Assembly (NCBI GenBank): GCA_963677745.1
Contig: OY782391.1
Coordinates: forward strand, 544,001-608,000
Length of the DNA stretch: 64,000 nt
Reading direction: 5' to 3'
From: Candidatus Altimarinota bacterium
GTDB taxonomy: Bacteria > Patescibacteriota > Gracilibacteria > UBA1369
The notes beneath the pieces are model-generated. The model searched no databases and had not been told where the DNA came from. It worked only from the letters and a program-made list of their open reading frames with translations. Below, piece after piece: positions 48,771 to 58,584 of the stretch. Position 1 is the first letter of the stretch. Each line of letters begins with the position of its first letter. The translations under genes and the position numbers were made by a program.

Positions 48771-49549
48771 TTCTTTCCCAAAAGAACCGTCCCCGTCAGT
48801 ACCAGCAACAGATAGATCCCGGGATAAAAATAGACCGGCATGCTGAATCCGTCCGGATTTACGCGTAAAAAAGAATTTAACAGGCGGAACAGGGAAAAAC
48901 CCGTAAGAAAAACAACCATCACGGTACCATCCGGCCTTTTTTTCCTAAGCAAAACAAACGCGGTTACACTCAGAAAAAGCGCCGCCGCCAGTTCATACAG
49001 CTGTGTCGGATGCACAGCCAGCACCTCCAAAAAATTCCCATGCCCGGACAGCTGATGCAGATGAGCCGGACTGAGCAAAGGGAATTTCACCCCCCAGGGA
49101 AGATCAGTCTCAATGCCAAAACAGCAGCCCTGCAAAAAGCAGCCAATCCTCATCACGGCAATGCTGATTCCCAGAAAAGGCACAAAAGTATCCCCCAGAC
49201 GGAAGACCTTGATACCGATACTGCGGCTGACCAGATAACCGGCCAGCACGGCAGCCAAAATCCCTCCGTAAAGTGAAAAACCGGAACTGGATATTTCCAG
49301 TAATTTGGCGGGTTCTGCCCAATAAGAATCCAGATTAACAAGAGCGTTCAAAAGTCTCGCCCCCACGACTGCAGCAGTCAGCATCGCCGCCAAAACCGGC
49401 ACTAGCTGTCCTATCTTAAACCCCCGCCGCCTCCCGTAAATCAGACAACCTGCCAGCGCCACCAGCACTGCCAGACCGAAGAACAGGGCATAAGGCCCAA
49501 ATTCCACGGTCCGGCCGAAAATCAATAATTGTACCTGAAACGGATACAT
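48722..49549 (-). CDS. lgt: Prolipoprotein diacylglyceryl transferase
   Basis: GARL, SLYGG, RIGCFLQGCCFG, HPTQLYE. Confidence 0.9.
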   Translation of the reverse strand: MYPFQVQLLIFGRTVEFGPYALFFGLAVLVALAGCLIYGRRRGFKIGQLVPVLAAMLTAAVVGARLLNALVNLDSYWAEPAKLLEISSSGFSLYGGILAAVLAGYLVSRSIGIKVFRLGDTFVPFLGISIAVMRIGCFLQGCCFGIETDLPWGVKFPLLSPAHLHQLSGHGNFLEVLAVHPTQLYELAAALFLSVTAFVLLRKKRPDGTVMVVFLTGFSLFRLLNSFLRVNPDGFSMPVYFYPGIYLLLVLTGTVLLGKNYFSRASTSSSTVASS

Positions 49550-49564
49550 TTTTTATAAAGATAA

Positions 49565-52219
49565 TTACAGTTGAGGAGTTCCCCCGGCATTTTCCGTTGT
49601 CGGAGCCTCTCCTGCATCGCCATCGGCACCCGTAGTCCCGGTTTCGCCGCCGACTGCGGTTACGGGCTTCACCGGCGGTTTGGGAACTTCCTTGGAAGCA
49701 CTCACGTCAGCCTTGATCTTCAGTCCCCCTCTTCCATAATTGATCTCCATTCCACCCGTATTCTTATAGACACCGTTCTCTTCGGTTACATTCATATTGA
49801 TCGAAACCGACGCATCTTTTTCCGAAAACGAAGCAACGATATTGCCTTCTTCATAGGTAAAAGGTACCGACTTGGAATCCCCGTCACCGAATTTCAAAAT
49901 CAAATTTCCTCCGGTTTCACTGGTCGGCTCCATAGAGATGGCCAGAGCCTGTTTTTTCCCTTTCTGTTTTTCTATTTCGGAAATATCACAGCCTTCCTTT
50001 TGGGCCTGTGCCCTGAAAGCCTCCGTCGTCTCCACGTCGGAAATAATCATGCTTCCGTCACCCCATTTTCCAGCCAGATCTTTCAGGTCGGGAGCCGTAT
50101 TGATTCCCGGAATAATCCCCTTATCGATAAAATCCTTGGTCATTTCCTTGAACAGATCATCGGCCTTATTGGCTACCAGGTTGTCGATATAGGTTGTAAA
50201 ATCCTTGCCCAGAACTGCAATCAGTGAATCTTTATATCCCTTCAAAGTATTTTCAAAAGCCGTTTCCACAAATTCCTTGTAAGCCTCCTTGGCCCCGGCG
50301 GTGGAGTTTTTCATAACAGTCTGTCCGCTCTTTTTCAACAGATCCAGGAATTTCTGATTAATGGCCTTACTGGTGGCGGCAATTTCCCTGGTTATTGCCT
50401 CCTTGATCTCTATGTCGATGGCATTGGTAACTAATTTTGTAACCTGTTCCGGTGTCAGTTTGGTGTTTTTTAGAATTTCATTAGTCAGACCCTTGATTGC
50501 TTTTACGTCTCCTTTAAAAAGAGAGCTTCCAATAAAATTCACGCCTTTCTCGCCAAACAATTTCAGGGCTTCCTTGGATCCTTTGGCAAACTGGGACCCG
50601 CTCACCAGAACCTTCGATCCGCCGATAAACGACAAACCGATATCCAGCGTTCCTTCGACAATTTCTCCTGTAGTGGACTGGGTGTTGGCAACCTTGGTAA
50701 TGCCCTTGCCCAAGCTGGTAAACAGATTGGCGGTCATTTCCCCGGCATGTCCGGCCAGCCAGCTGCTCCAGCCCTTACCCATCACACTTTCCACAGCCGA
50801 CTCCGCAGCTTTTCCGGTCCCCTTTTCCACCGCGTCAAAATATCCGGTGGCGGTTTTCAAAGTCTCACTGCCCGATTTACCCGCTTTGAAATTATCCCCG
50901 ATCTTTTTATAATTACCGCCTATTTCAGTGACTATTTCTTTAACCGAATTTCCGTTGGCCACTCCGTAAATTACATCAGCGGCCGATTTGGTATGGGCGC
51001 CCAGAGTATCCAGTTCCACACCGATCACAGTTGTGGCGGTATTATAGCCGGCTGTAGCTGCCTTCCAGGTAAATGCCCCCAGAGACTTGGTTCCCTGAAC
51101 GCCGGACTTTCCAACACCCTTCAGAATTTCCAATGCCTTCTGCGCATAACCGGGTTCTTCAGCCATCGCAACAGGAATCAATCCGCCCTGCGCTTCCTCA
51201 TCCGCAAAAGCCAGTAATTCTTTCTGATCAACCTGGGCCAGTTGTTGTTTTATATCGTTGTTAAAATCTCCGAAACTTTTGGCCAGCGCTTTGACAAATG
51301 CCACATCGTCGGCGGTCAAATCGCCTTTTGGCGCCAGACTGTCAATTTGCGGCTGCAGTGTGGCCAGATTTTCTTCCACATACTGCACCGAAGCCATCCC
51401 CATATAATATTCGGCGGTATTAATTCTCTTCAGCATCACGTTAATCTCCTGCTGTTTCTGTTGAATGGCTAAAAGTTTTTCACCAAGCAAGTCCACCTGT
51501 CCCGGCACGTCTTTTTCCAGAACCGCAGCCAGATCTTTCATCGGTTGCAGGGACGATTTCTGCAAAGCGGTTTGGAGATTCATTAATCCTCCGACCGTTT
51601 CTGCGGTATCAAGTGACAACAAATCGACGTTTTCCAGAGCCAAATAGGTCTTCTGATATTTCATCAGGGCGGAGGTTGTCGGTTGAGTAATGGCAGCAAT
51701 GTCAATACTGTCAAAATGAACAAAATTGGTCACATATTTCACTTCCGGTTCAATCAAGACTTTGGCTACTTCCTTCAACTGCTTGCCCAGTTTATTGTTC
51801 AGTTCCAGCGTCTGTCCCAGATAGTCGATATATTTATTCTTCAATGTTTTCAACTCGGTTGCATAAGCCACAGAGTCAATATTCAGCTGTTCAACGTTCT
51901 TCATTATTTCATCCACCAGCACGATTTTCATCTCCTGAAATTTTTTCAAACCGGGCTGTGTATAATTGGCATTACCGGCATAAAAAGGCCCCGCCACGGC
52001 AATACTGTTCATTGTGTCGTTCTCGGTCAGACTTTTGATCTGCGTCTCGGAATAATCATATTCCATCGTAAAAGGTTTGGCCGCAATCTCCTCCAAAGTT
52101 GGCTCCTTGGGTTGCTGCACACCGCCACCCAGCTCGGCCGGTAAACCCGGTATATTCTGGCAACCGGTCATCATAAAAATCATCGTCAGAAACAGTACGA
52201 AGGAAATTTTTTTCTTCAT
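49565..52219 (-). CDS. Large helical lipoprotein of unknown function
   Basis: MKKKISF..MMTGC lipobox; long coiled-coil/helical body, Gly/Ala-rich amphipathic middle, beta-rich C-terminus. Confidence 0.75.
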   Translation of the reverse strand: MKKKISFVLFLTMIFMMTGCQNIPGLPAELGGGVQQPKEPTLEEIAAKPFTMEYDYSETQIKSLTENDTMNSIAVAGPFYAGNANYTQPGLKKFQEMKIVLVDEIMKNVEQLNIDSVAYATELKTLKNKYIDYLGQTLELNNKLGKQLKEVAKVLIEPEVKYVTNFVHFDSIDIAAITQPTTSALMKYQKTYLALENVDLLSLDTAETVGGLMNLQTALQKSSLQPMKDLAAVLEKDVPGQVDLLGEKLLAIQQKQQEINVMLKRINTAEYYMGMASVQYVEENLATLQPQIDSLAPKGDLTADDVAFVKALAKSFGDFNNDIKQQLAQVDQKELLAFADEEAQGGLIPVAMAEEPGYAQKALEILKGVGKSGVQGTKSLGAFTWKAATAGYNTATTVIGVELDTLGAHTKSAADVIYGVANGNSVKEIVTEIGGNYKKIGDNFKAGKSGSETLKTATGYFDAVEKGTGKAAESAVESVMGKGWSSWLAGHAGEMTANLFTSLGKGITKVANTQSTTGEIVEGTLDIGLSFIGGSKVLVSGSQFAKGSKEALKLFGEKGVNFIGSSLFKGDVKAIKGLTNEILKNTKLTPEQVTKLVTNAIDIEIKEAITREIAATSKAINQKFLDLLKKSGQTVMKNSTAGAKEAYKEFVETAFENTLKGYKDSLIAVLGKDFTTYIDNLVANKADDLFKEMTKDFIDKGIIPGINTAPDLKDLAGKWGDGSMIISDVETTEAFRAQAQKEGCDISEIEKQKGKKQALAISMEPTSETGGNLILKFGDGDSKSVPFTYEEGNIVASFSEKDASVSINMNVTEENGVYKNTGGMEINYGRGGLKIKADVSASKEVPKPPVKPVTAVGGETGTTGADGDAGEAPTTENAGGTPQL

Positions 52220-52292
52220 AAATAATTGTAAAATGAAATCACCGGTCATCTTCGCACATCACCGTAAAACAGACAAGACGTCCCGATTTTTT

Positions 52293-53195
52293 CTACTTGG
52301 TCTCGATGGAAGCAATCAACTGCTGCATCAGCTCGGAAGATTTGCCAATATGACTGTCCATAAATACCACCTTGCTGCCATTGCTGTTGCCGATACTTTT
52401 CAGGGTATCCAGATACTGGGTCAGAGTCAGTATAGCCAGAATTTCTTTTGACTCCTGATGGGTGGCGGTTTTCATGATTTCAAATGAATCTTTCAAACCG
52501 CGGGCGATTGCTTCCCTTTCCAAAGCAATACCTTCACCCTGCAGCTGCTTTCTGATTTTCTCTGCCTCGGCTTCTTTCACGGCCTGAATCTTAATTGCTT
52601 CTCCCTTGTTTTCAGCAGCCTTGCGCAACTGTTCCGATGCCACCACTTCCGACATGGCTGTGGTGATGGTAATCGGAAAATTAACATTGGTAATCTGAAA
52701 ACTTTTAATTACAATTCCCCATTCCTCCAGCTGTTTTTCCAGATCGGTCTTGATATGCATCGCCAGTTCTTCCTTCTTTTCCAGAATACCTTCATGGGTT
52801 TCACGGGCAATATAGGTACGCAGTGAATTCTCAATCACCGCGCCGATTGACTGGTCCCGGTTTTGCAACGCATAGGTAAAACGTTTAATTCCTTCCTCGC
52901 TGGCATCAATACCGTAAATCAGATTGGTTGCCACATCCACAATTACCTTGTCTTTGGAAGGATATTTTCCGTCAATGGCGAAATTCAGCTGCCGCAAAGA
53001 AACCTTGGAAGCAACCCGTTCCACCAAGGGGATCTTAAAATTAATACCGGCACCCATGATACGGTTGAATTTACCGAGCATCTCAATTACCAAAACCGTG
53101 TTCTGCTGAACAATCCTGATGTTTTTAAAAATGATTAACACCACCAATAACACCACCAGTCCGGTCCAGACTTGTTGTGCGCTTAAATCTTCCAT
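52293..53195 (-). CDS. SPFH/band 7 domain protein (HIR-like)
   Basis: N-terminal TM, IEMLGKF..GINFKIP, AEAEKIRKQLQGEGIA, QYLDTLK. Confidence 0.9.
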   Translation of the reverse strand: MEDLSAQQVWTGLVVLLVVLIIFKNIRIVQQNTVLVIEMLGKFNRIMGAGINFKIPLVERVASKVSLRQLNFAIDGKYPSKDKVIVDVATNLIYGIDASEEGIKRFTYALQNRDQSIGAVIENSLRTYIARETHEGILEKKEELAMHIKTDLEKQLEEWGIVIKSFQITNVNFPITITTAMSEVVASEQLRKAAENKGEAIKIQAVKEAEAEKIRKQLQGEGIALEREAIARGLKDSFEIMKTATHQESKEILAILTLTQYLDTLKSIGNSNGSKVVFMDSHIGKSSELMQQLIASIETK

Positions 53196-53400
53196 AGTTA
53201 TTAAAATAACAAATTAAATAACAGCTTATGGCAAATTAGCCTAAACACAGCAAATTATCCAGTAGATCGCAAACGGCTGTCTTAATTCCTACGCCCGCCT
53301 TCTCTTATCCCCGCCCGGCAATGGCAAATTGTTTTAACAAAACATTTGAAGTGCTAAAATTGACCAGTTTTTCCGCTCTTGTCACTTATTCTCCGGTCTT

Positions 53401-53946
53401 ATGAAAAAATGGCAAAAAATAGAAACCCGGGAAGTCCAACGTTACGGAAAATTTTATCGTGTTGAAACCGACCAGGTTCTGACTCCGGGGGAAAAAGAAA
53501 CCACTTATTCAGTTGTCCGGCTTCACCCGCATTCAGTCATCATACCCCTGGATAAAAACGGCAGTATCTACATGGTTAAACAGCACCGTTACACCACGGA
53601 CCAGGTGACTTTGGAGCTCCCTATGGGCAACACCGACGGTGAAGATCCTTTGGAGGCGGCCAAACGGGAATTGGAGGAAGAAACCGGACTGACCTCCGAG
53701 CATTGGGAAAAAATCGGCCGGTTTCAGGAAGCCAACGGCATTGCCGAAATTTATGGGCATGTGTTTCTCGCCCGCGACGTCCACCCTCTTGAAAACGCCC
53801 GGAGGGATGAGCTGGACCGGGATTTGTTCGAAATTGTCACCCACACCTTTTCTGAAATTCAGAATATGATTGCCGATGGTACAATCGAAGACGCCAGCAC
53901 AATCTGTGCCATTGCCCAAGCCAGTTTCAGTCAAAAATTAAAATAA
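53401..53946 (+). CDS. NUDIX hydrolase (ADP-ribose pyrophosphatase-like)
   Basis: QHRY..LELPMG..EDPLEAAKRELEEETG; IEDAST. Confidence 0.92.
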   Translation: MKKWQKIETREVQRYGKFYRVETDQVLTPGEKETTYSVVRLHPHSVIIPLDKNGSIYMVKQHRYTTDQVTLELPMGNTDGEDPLEAAKRELEEETGLTSEHWEKIGRFQEANGIAEIYGHVFLARDVHPLENARRDELDRDLFEIVTHTFSEIQNMIADGTIEDASTICAIAQASFSQKLK

Positions 53947-53953
53947 TTACCCG

Positions 53954-56900
53954 ATGACCAATCTCCCCGACCAGCAGGCCCCCCAACAACAAATCGCCGC
54001 TTTCCAGAAATACTACAATGCTCTCAACCCGGAACAGCGCGAAGCCGTTGATTCCATCGAAGGTCCGGTCATGACCATCGCCGGAGCTGGTACCGGCAAG
54101 ACTCAGATTCTGGCCGTACGCATCGCCAAAATTCTGCTGGAAACACAGATCGACCCTTTCAATATTCTCTGTCTGACTTTTACCGACGCCGGTGTGACAG
54201 CCATGCGTAACCGTCTGATCGAAATCATCGGCCCCACCGCCTATCACGTCAAAGTTTGTACCTTTCACAGTTTTTGCAACGAGATTATCAAGGACAATCC
54301 GGACACTTTTATCTTCAAACAGGAGGGCGAGCAGCTGGACGACCTGGAAAGAATGGAACTTTTCCAGAAAATTATCGATCAATTGGGTGTCACCAGTCCG
54401 CTGCGACCAGCCGGCGAGCCCTATACCTATCTCAAGGATCTGTCCGCCCAGATCCAGAATCTCAAAAAGGAAAATATCGATCCGGACACTTTGAATGAAC
54501 GTCTGCAGGAGCTGGAAACGTTGCTGACCGTTCTCCGCACAAACCTTCAGGAAATTATGGATGCCAAGAGAACTGTGGATGAGTCGCTGGCCGCGACGGT
54601 CAATCCTGAAAACCTTTTCCCCAAACTCGGTCTGGGATCCCCCACTGCTTTCCAGCAGCATCACCTGGATTATCTGAAAGATCTTTATCAAAACTATCTG
54701 GCCGCCCTGGGCGGCAACAAACGCCAGGACAACAGCGCGCGCGTCAAATTGCGTGACGCCCTCAAACACCTGATCCTGGACGGCCTGGACGACCTGCCCA
54801 AACAGCGTGAACTGGCGCGCGCCTACGCTTTCTACCAGCAGGCGCTTGCCGACAGCGGCCGCTATGACTACGAAGACATGATCATGATGGTGGTGCGCGC
54901 GCTGACCGGCAACGAATCCCTGCTGCGCAGATATCAGGAACTTTATCAGTACATTCTGGTCGACGAATATCAGGACACCAACAGTTCCCAGAATCTGACG
55001 GTCGATTTGCTGGGAAATTTCTTCGAAGCCCCCAATCTGTTTGTGGTGGGTGACGACGACCAGTCCATTTACAGGTTTCAGGGGGCCTCTATCGAAAATA
55101 TTATTGCCTTCCACAGCCGTTACAGCACTGAAATAAAGTTGATTACCCTAATCCGGAATTACCGCAGCCAGCAAACCATTCTGGACGCTGCCGGAGCAGT
55201 CGTATCAAACAATCGGACCCGCATTGCCACCCACCTTCCCCACATCTCCAAAACGCTGCAGAGCCACGCCTCCCATCCGGTCGGCCCGCTCAAGATTTAC
55301 AAGTACAGCACCGAACAGACCGAGATTTATGGCACCGCCAAACAGATTCAGGAGCTGATCGCCGCCGGTACCGACCCGGCCCAGATTGCCGTGCTCTACC
55401 ATAAACATCTGGAAGCACACGAGTTGACCGAGCTTCTACTGAAGCTGAACATCCCCTTTGAACTAAAAGCCGGCCAGAACATTCTGGAAGACCTCCAGAT
55501 CACCAAACTGATCACGCTGTTCCGCTTGGTTGAAAATCCCAATGAAGACGAAACTTTTTCGCAGGCCCTTTTTCTGGATTTTTTGGGTTTCAACAAACTG
55601 GACGTACTGCGTTTCTCCAACTTCTTCAGCCAGAACCGGCTGGGAGTCAGTCAGAAATACTCCTGGCTGACCGCGCTGGGCAATGACAAAATTATTCAGA
55701 GCGCCGGACTCTCTACCCCAGATAAATTCCGTCAATTCATCACCCGCCTGACCGGTTGGCGTGAGCTGGTGGCCAATGTCACCCTGCCCGAATTTTTTGT
55801 GCAGGTGCTGGAAGAATCGGGTTTTCTAAAATTCCAGATCGAACAAAAAAATCAAAACCGTCTGGAAACTCTCAACCGCATTAATTCCCTTTATAAAGAA
55901 ATCAAAAAACAGACGCGCCGCAACCACGCCCTGACCATCACCCGCTTTCTGGAACAGCTGAAAATCCGCCGGGCCCACGATTTGAAACTGATTGAAGAAC
56001 CACTGCATATCGGCAAAAGCGCCGTGCAGCTGATGACGGCGCACGGCTCCAAAGGACTGGAATTCGAATATGTTTTTCTGATTCACTGCACCAGCCGCAG
56101 CTGGGATAAAGCCGGTAAAAACGAGAAAATCAAACTGCCGCCGGGCCTGGTGAAAAGCATCATCACCGACCACCGGCTGGAAATGGAGGAAGACAACCGC
56201 CGCCTGTTCTATGTATCAATGACCCGCGCCAAAAAAGAATTACGCCTGAGCTTCGCCCGCAACCGTTTCGAAAACGGCAAAGCCAAAGAAGACATCCCCA
56301 CTCTCTACCTGAATGAAATTCCCGCGCAGTATCTGGAGGAAATTGATACTTCTCCTTACGAACAGCAGCTGCCTGATTATCTGGACCTTTTGTTCATGGG
56401 CAAACCCGCTCCCGATCTGACCACCCTGGAAACAGCTCATTTTCAGAATCTGGCCGACACCTATATACTTTCCCCCACCGCCCTCAACACCTACCTGACC
56501 TGCCCCCGCAAATTTTTCTACCAGAATCTGATTCGCCTGCCGCAGGCCAAGCGGCCTTCGGCCGCCATGGGTACCGCCATCCACAAAGCCCTGGAACTTT
56601 TCCTGAACCAATACCGGATTAAAAAAATAAATCCCGGCAAAGAATTTTTACTGCTGCATTTTCAACAGGCTCTGCAAAAAGAACTCCTTTCCGAAAAAGA
56701 TTATAAAGAAAAACTGGATTATGGCCGGGCGGTCATCACCGACTACTTCGATGCCCAGGGCGAAAGTCTGTCTTCCAATATCACCAGCGAAATCAATTTC
56801 GCCCGGGACGGCGTTAACTTGGACGGCATCCCCATCACCGGCAAAATCGACAAATTGGCCCCTGATCCCCTCAGCCCGGAAAACGGACTGATCGTGTCGG

Positions 56901-57247
56901 ACTTCAAAACCGGCAACGCCGACAACGGTCTGCGTGAAAGCAAGGAAGGCGGCGATTACTGGCGGCAGCTGGTTTTCTATAAAATTCTCTGCGACAACTC
57001 CCCCCGCTTCAAAAAAACTTTTGCCGGCAAACAGGTCACCCGCAGCCAGATTGAATTCCTGGAAAAAAGCCGCAGTACCGGCCGCCACGAAATCGCCGCC
57101 ATCGAAGTATCTCCGGCAGCGGTCGCAGAAGTTACCGAAAACATCCGCTTCGCCCACGACCAAATCCAAAAACAGCAATTCGATAAAATTGACCGCTCCG
57201 ATCCCTGCGACCGCTGCCCCTTCTACAACCTCTGCTGGGAAAACTAA
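53954..57247 (+). CDS. UvrD/PcrA-family helicase fused to PD-(D/E)XK nuclease (AdnA/AddA-like)
   Basis: AGAGTGKT, VDEYQD, VGDDDQSIY, NYRS, MTAHGSKGLEF, YVSMTRAK; C-terminal CPRKF..GKIDK..DFKTG..QL.FY..CDRCPFYNLC. Confidence 0.93.
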   Translation: MTNLPDQQAPQQQIAAFQKYYNALNPEQREAVDSIEGPVMTIAGAGTGKTQILAVRIAKILLETQIDPFNILCLTFTDAGVTAMRNRLIEIIGPTAYHVKVCTFHSFCNEIIKDNPDTFIFKQEGEQLDDLERMELFQKIIDQLGVTSPLRPAGEPYTYLKDLSAQIQNLKKENIDPDTLNERLQELETLLTVLRTNLQEIMDAKRTVDESLAATVNPENLFPKLGLGSPTAFQQHHLDYLKDLYQNYLAALGGNKRQDNSARVKLRDALKHLILDGLDDLPKQRELARAYAFYQQALADSGRYDYEDMIMMVVRALTGNESLLRRYQELYQYILVDEYQDTNSSQNLTVDLLGNFFEAPNLFVVGDDDQSIYRFQGASIENIIAFHSRYSTEIKLITLIRNYRSQQTILDAAGAVVSNNRTRIATHLPHISKTLQSHASHPVGPLKIYKYSTEQTEIYGTAKQIQELIAAGTDPAQIAVLYHKHLEAHELTELLLKLNIPFELKAGQNILEDLQITKLITLFRLVENPNEDETFSQALFLDFLGFNKLDVLRFSNFFSQNRLGVSQKYSWLTALGNDKIIQSAGLSTPDKFRQFITRLTGWRELVANVTLPEFFVQVLEESGFLKFQIEQKNQNRLETLNRINSLYKEIKKQTRRNHALTITRFLEQLKIRRAHDLKLIEEPLHIGKSAVQLMTAHGSKGLEFEYVFLIHCTSRSWDKAGKNEKIKLPPGLVKSIITDHRLEMEEDNRRLFYVSMTRAKKELRLSFARNRFENGKAKEDIPTLYLNEIPAQYLEEIDTSPYEQQLPDYLDLLFMGKPAPDLTTLETAHFQNLADTYILSPTALNTYLTCPRKFFYQNLIRLPQAKRPSAAMGTAIHKALELFLNQYRIKKINPGKEFLLLHFQQALQKELLSEKDYKEKLDYGRAVITDYFDAQGESLSSNITSEINFARDGVNLDGIPITGKIDKLAPDPLSPENGLIVSDFKTGNADNGLRESKEGGDYWRQLVFYKILCDNSPRFKKTFAGKQVTRSQIEFLEKSRSTGRHEIAAIEVSPAAVAEVTENIRFAHDQIQKQQFDKIDRSDPCDRCPFYNLCWEN

Positions 57248-57288
57248 AACCGCCTCCCGCTCTCAAAACAAAAACGCCACACCAATTT

Positions 57289-58161
57289 TCATTTAATTCT
57301 CCTCAGTCTGGGCCAGGTCTTAATCCTGCCGGAAGGTTGATTAAAAACAATGTGACCGTCCCCCGCCCCCTTTTCCTCCCAAAAATCCTCAACCGGCTCA
57401 AAACTGCAGGAACGGAAGTTTTCAGCAAAATGCTGGCGCATTTCATCCAGATCTTCAAAACTTTGTTTGGCACAACCAGCATCCTTTAGCTCTTCCCCGC
57501 TGAAAAACACAGTCGATCTGATATTGGAAGGATCTGCCAAGGCAATCTTCGCCCGTCGTACCAGCTGATCCTTTTTAAATCCTTTCCCCCTGTTTAAAAA
57601 CAGCATCAGATCTTCAATATCTGCCAGAACTTCATCTTTATCCAGAATTACCCGGCCACTGTCTGTATCCGTGGCATGATGCCACATCAACATTGAGTCA
57701 TCTTTTACCAGAGGGACATCCGTAGTCATCATCACATCCATAGCCGAACTTTGAGCATTTTGAACATAAGCATAACTTTTGCCACCCCGCCTTGCCACCT
57801 CATCCACGCTGTCCCTGAACATATCCATCAAAAAAGCATCACCCCCGTCACAATCAATCAAAAAGGCAATTTTAAGCCGTCCTTCACAGATTATTTCAAA
57901 CAGTTTCCTGTCTTTTTGCCTTAACCTGGAAAGTCTCGCCATTGCGGCCTTCACGTCAAACCCGGTCAGTCCCTCTTCTGTCTCCTCATCGTGCAGTTTC
58001 CACAAAGAACTAAGCGACATTGCCACCAGCGGCGCCCAAATCAATGTCGGCGTATCCTGTTCTTTTGACATTATCATGGCGGGATCCTGACATGCGAAAT
58101 CAATGGCTTTGTCCATTCCCACCACCACCTCCGCATCAAAATTTTCTTTCCCTTCAGTCAC
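57289..58161 (-). CDS. Divergent ClpP/crotonase-fold protease-like protein
   Basis: FLIDCDGGD, NAQSSAM, SMLMWHH, FFSGEELKDAG parallel ClpP INSPGG, AASMG, MIHQ, LSAEEA..YG. Confidence 0.6.
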   Translation of the reverse strand: MTEGKENFDAEVVVGMDKAIDFACQDPAMIMSKEQDTPTLIWAPLVAMSLSSLWKLHDEETEEGLTGFDVKAAMARLSRLRQKDRKLFEIICEGRLKIAFLIDCDGGDAFLMDMFRDSVDEVARRGGKSYAYVQNAQSSAMDVMMTTDVPLVKDDSMLMWHHATDTDSGRVILDKDEVLADIEDLMLFLNRGKGFKKDQLVRRAKIALADPSNIRSTVFFSGEELKDAGCAKQSFEDLDEMRQHFAENFRSCSFEPVEDFWEEKGAGDGHIVFNQPSGRIKTWPRLRRIK

Positions 58162-58258
58162 AATAATAAAATTAATTTACAAGATGTTATTTAAGCACAG
58201 ATGCCCCGCCATGTCAAACACGCCGATTGCCAAAACATCTTCAGATTCAATTAAAAAA

Positions 58259-58411
58259 ATCCTTCGTGCCGGGCCGCCTCTGAAACACTAATCCCTTGGT
58301 AATCCAAGTGGGTGACCGCAACCCTTGCCCCACGGGGCCGGGTAATTTAGGCCTCCCTTAGTTTTTCAATAGTGAGAGAGTTATTTGAGACTTAATCGCG
58401 CACAAAAGACA
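58259..58411 (-). ncRNA. ssrS: 6S RNA (compact, about 150 nt)
   Basis: 10-bp closing stem TCTTTTGTGC/GCACGAAGGA; inner CACTA/TAGTG stem flanking a bubble; GGGAG, CACCCACTTG and CGGCAC motifs; upstream TGGACT-N17-TATTAT promoter. Confidence 0.7.
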
Positions 58412-58584
58412 TCTGGATAATAGCGTCAAATAAAGCAAAAGTCCATATTGACTATTTTAATTTTAATTAATGACAGCTTCATCATTCAAGTGCTATAATA
58501 GAAAATTTGTCATCACCCGTCTGGGAGTAGCCAAGTTCTTCTACATGCTTGACCAAAAAGGACTGCTTTAAAACAGACCGGCCC

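Noticed and set aside
53927-55114. 395-aa antisense ORF, and similar shadow ORFs opposite cysS, nrdA, ABC and lipoprotein genes
   Set aside because: They lie wholly opposite well-supported genes and have no motifs; explained by codon bias
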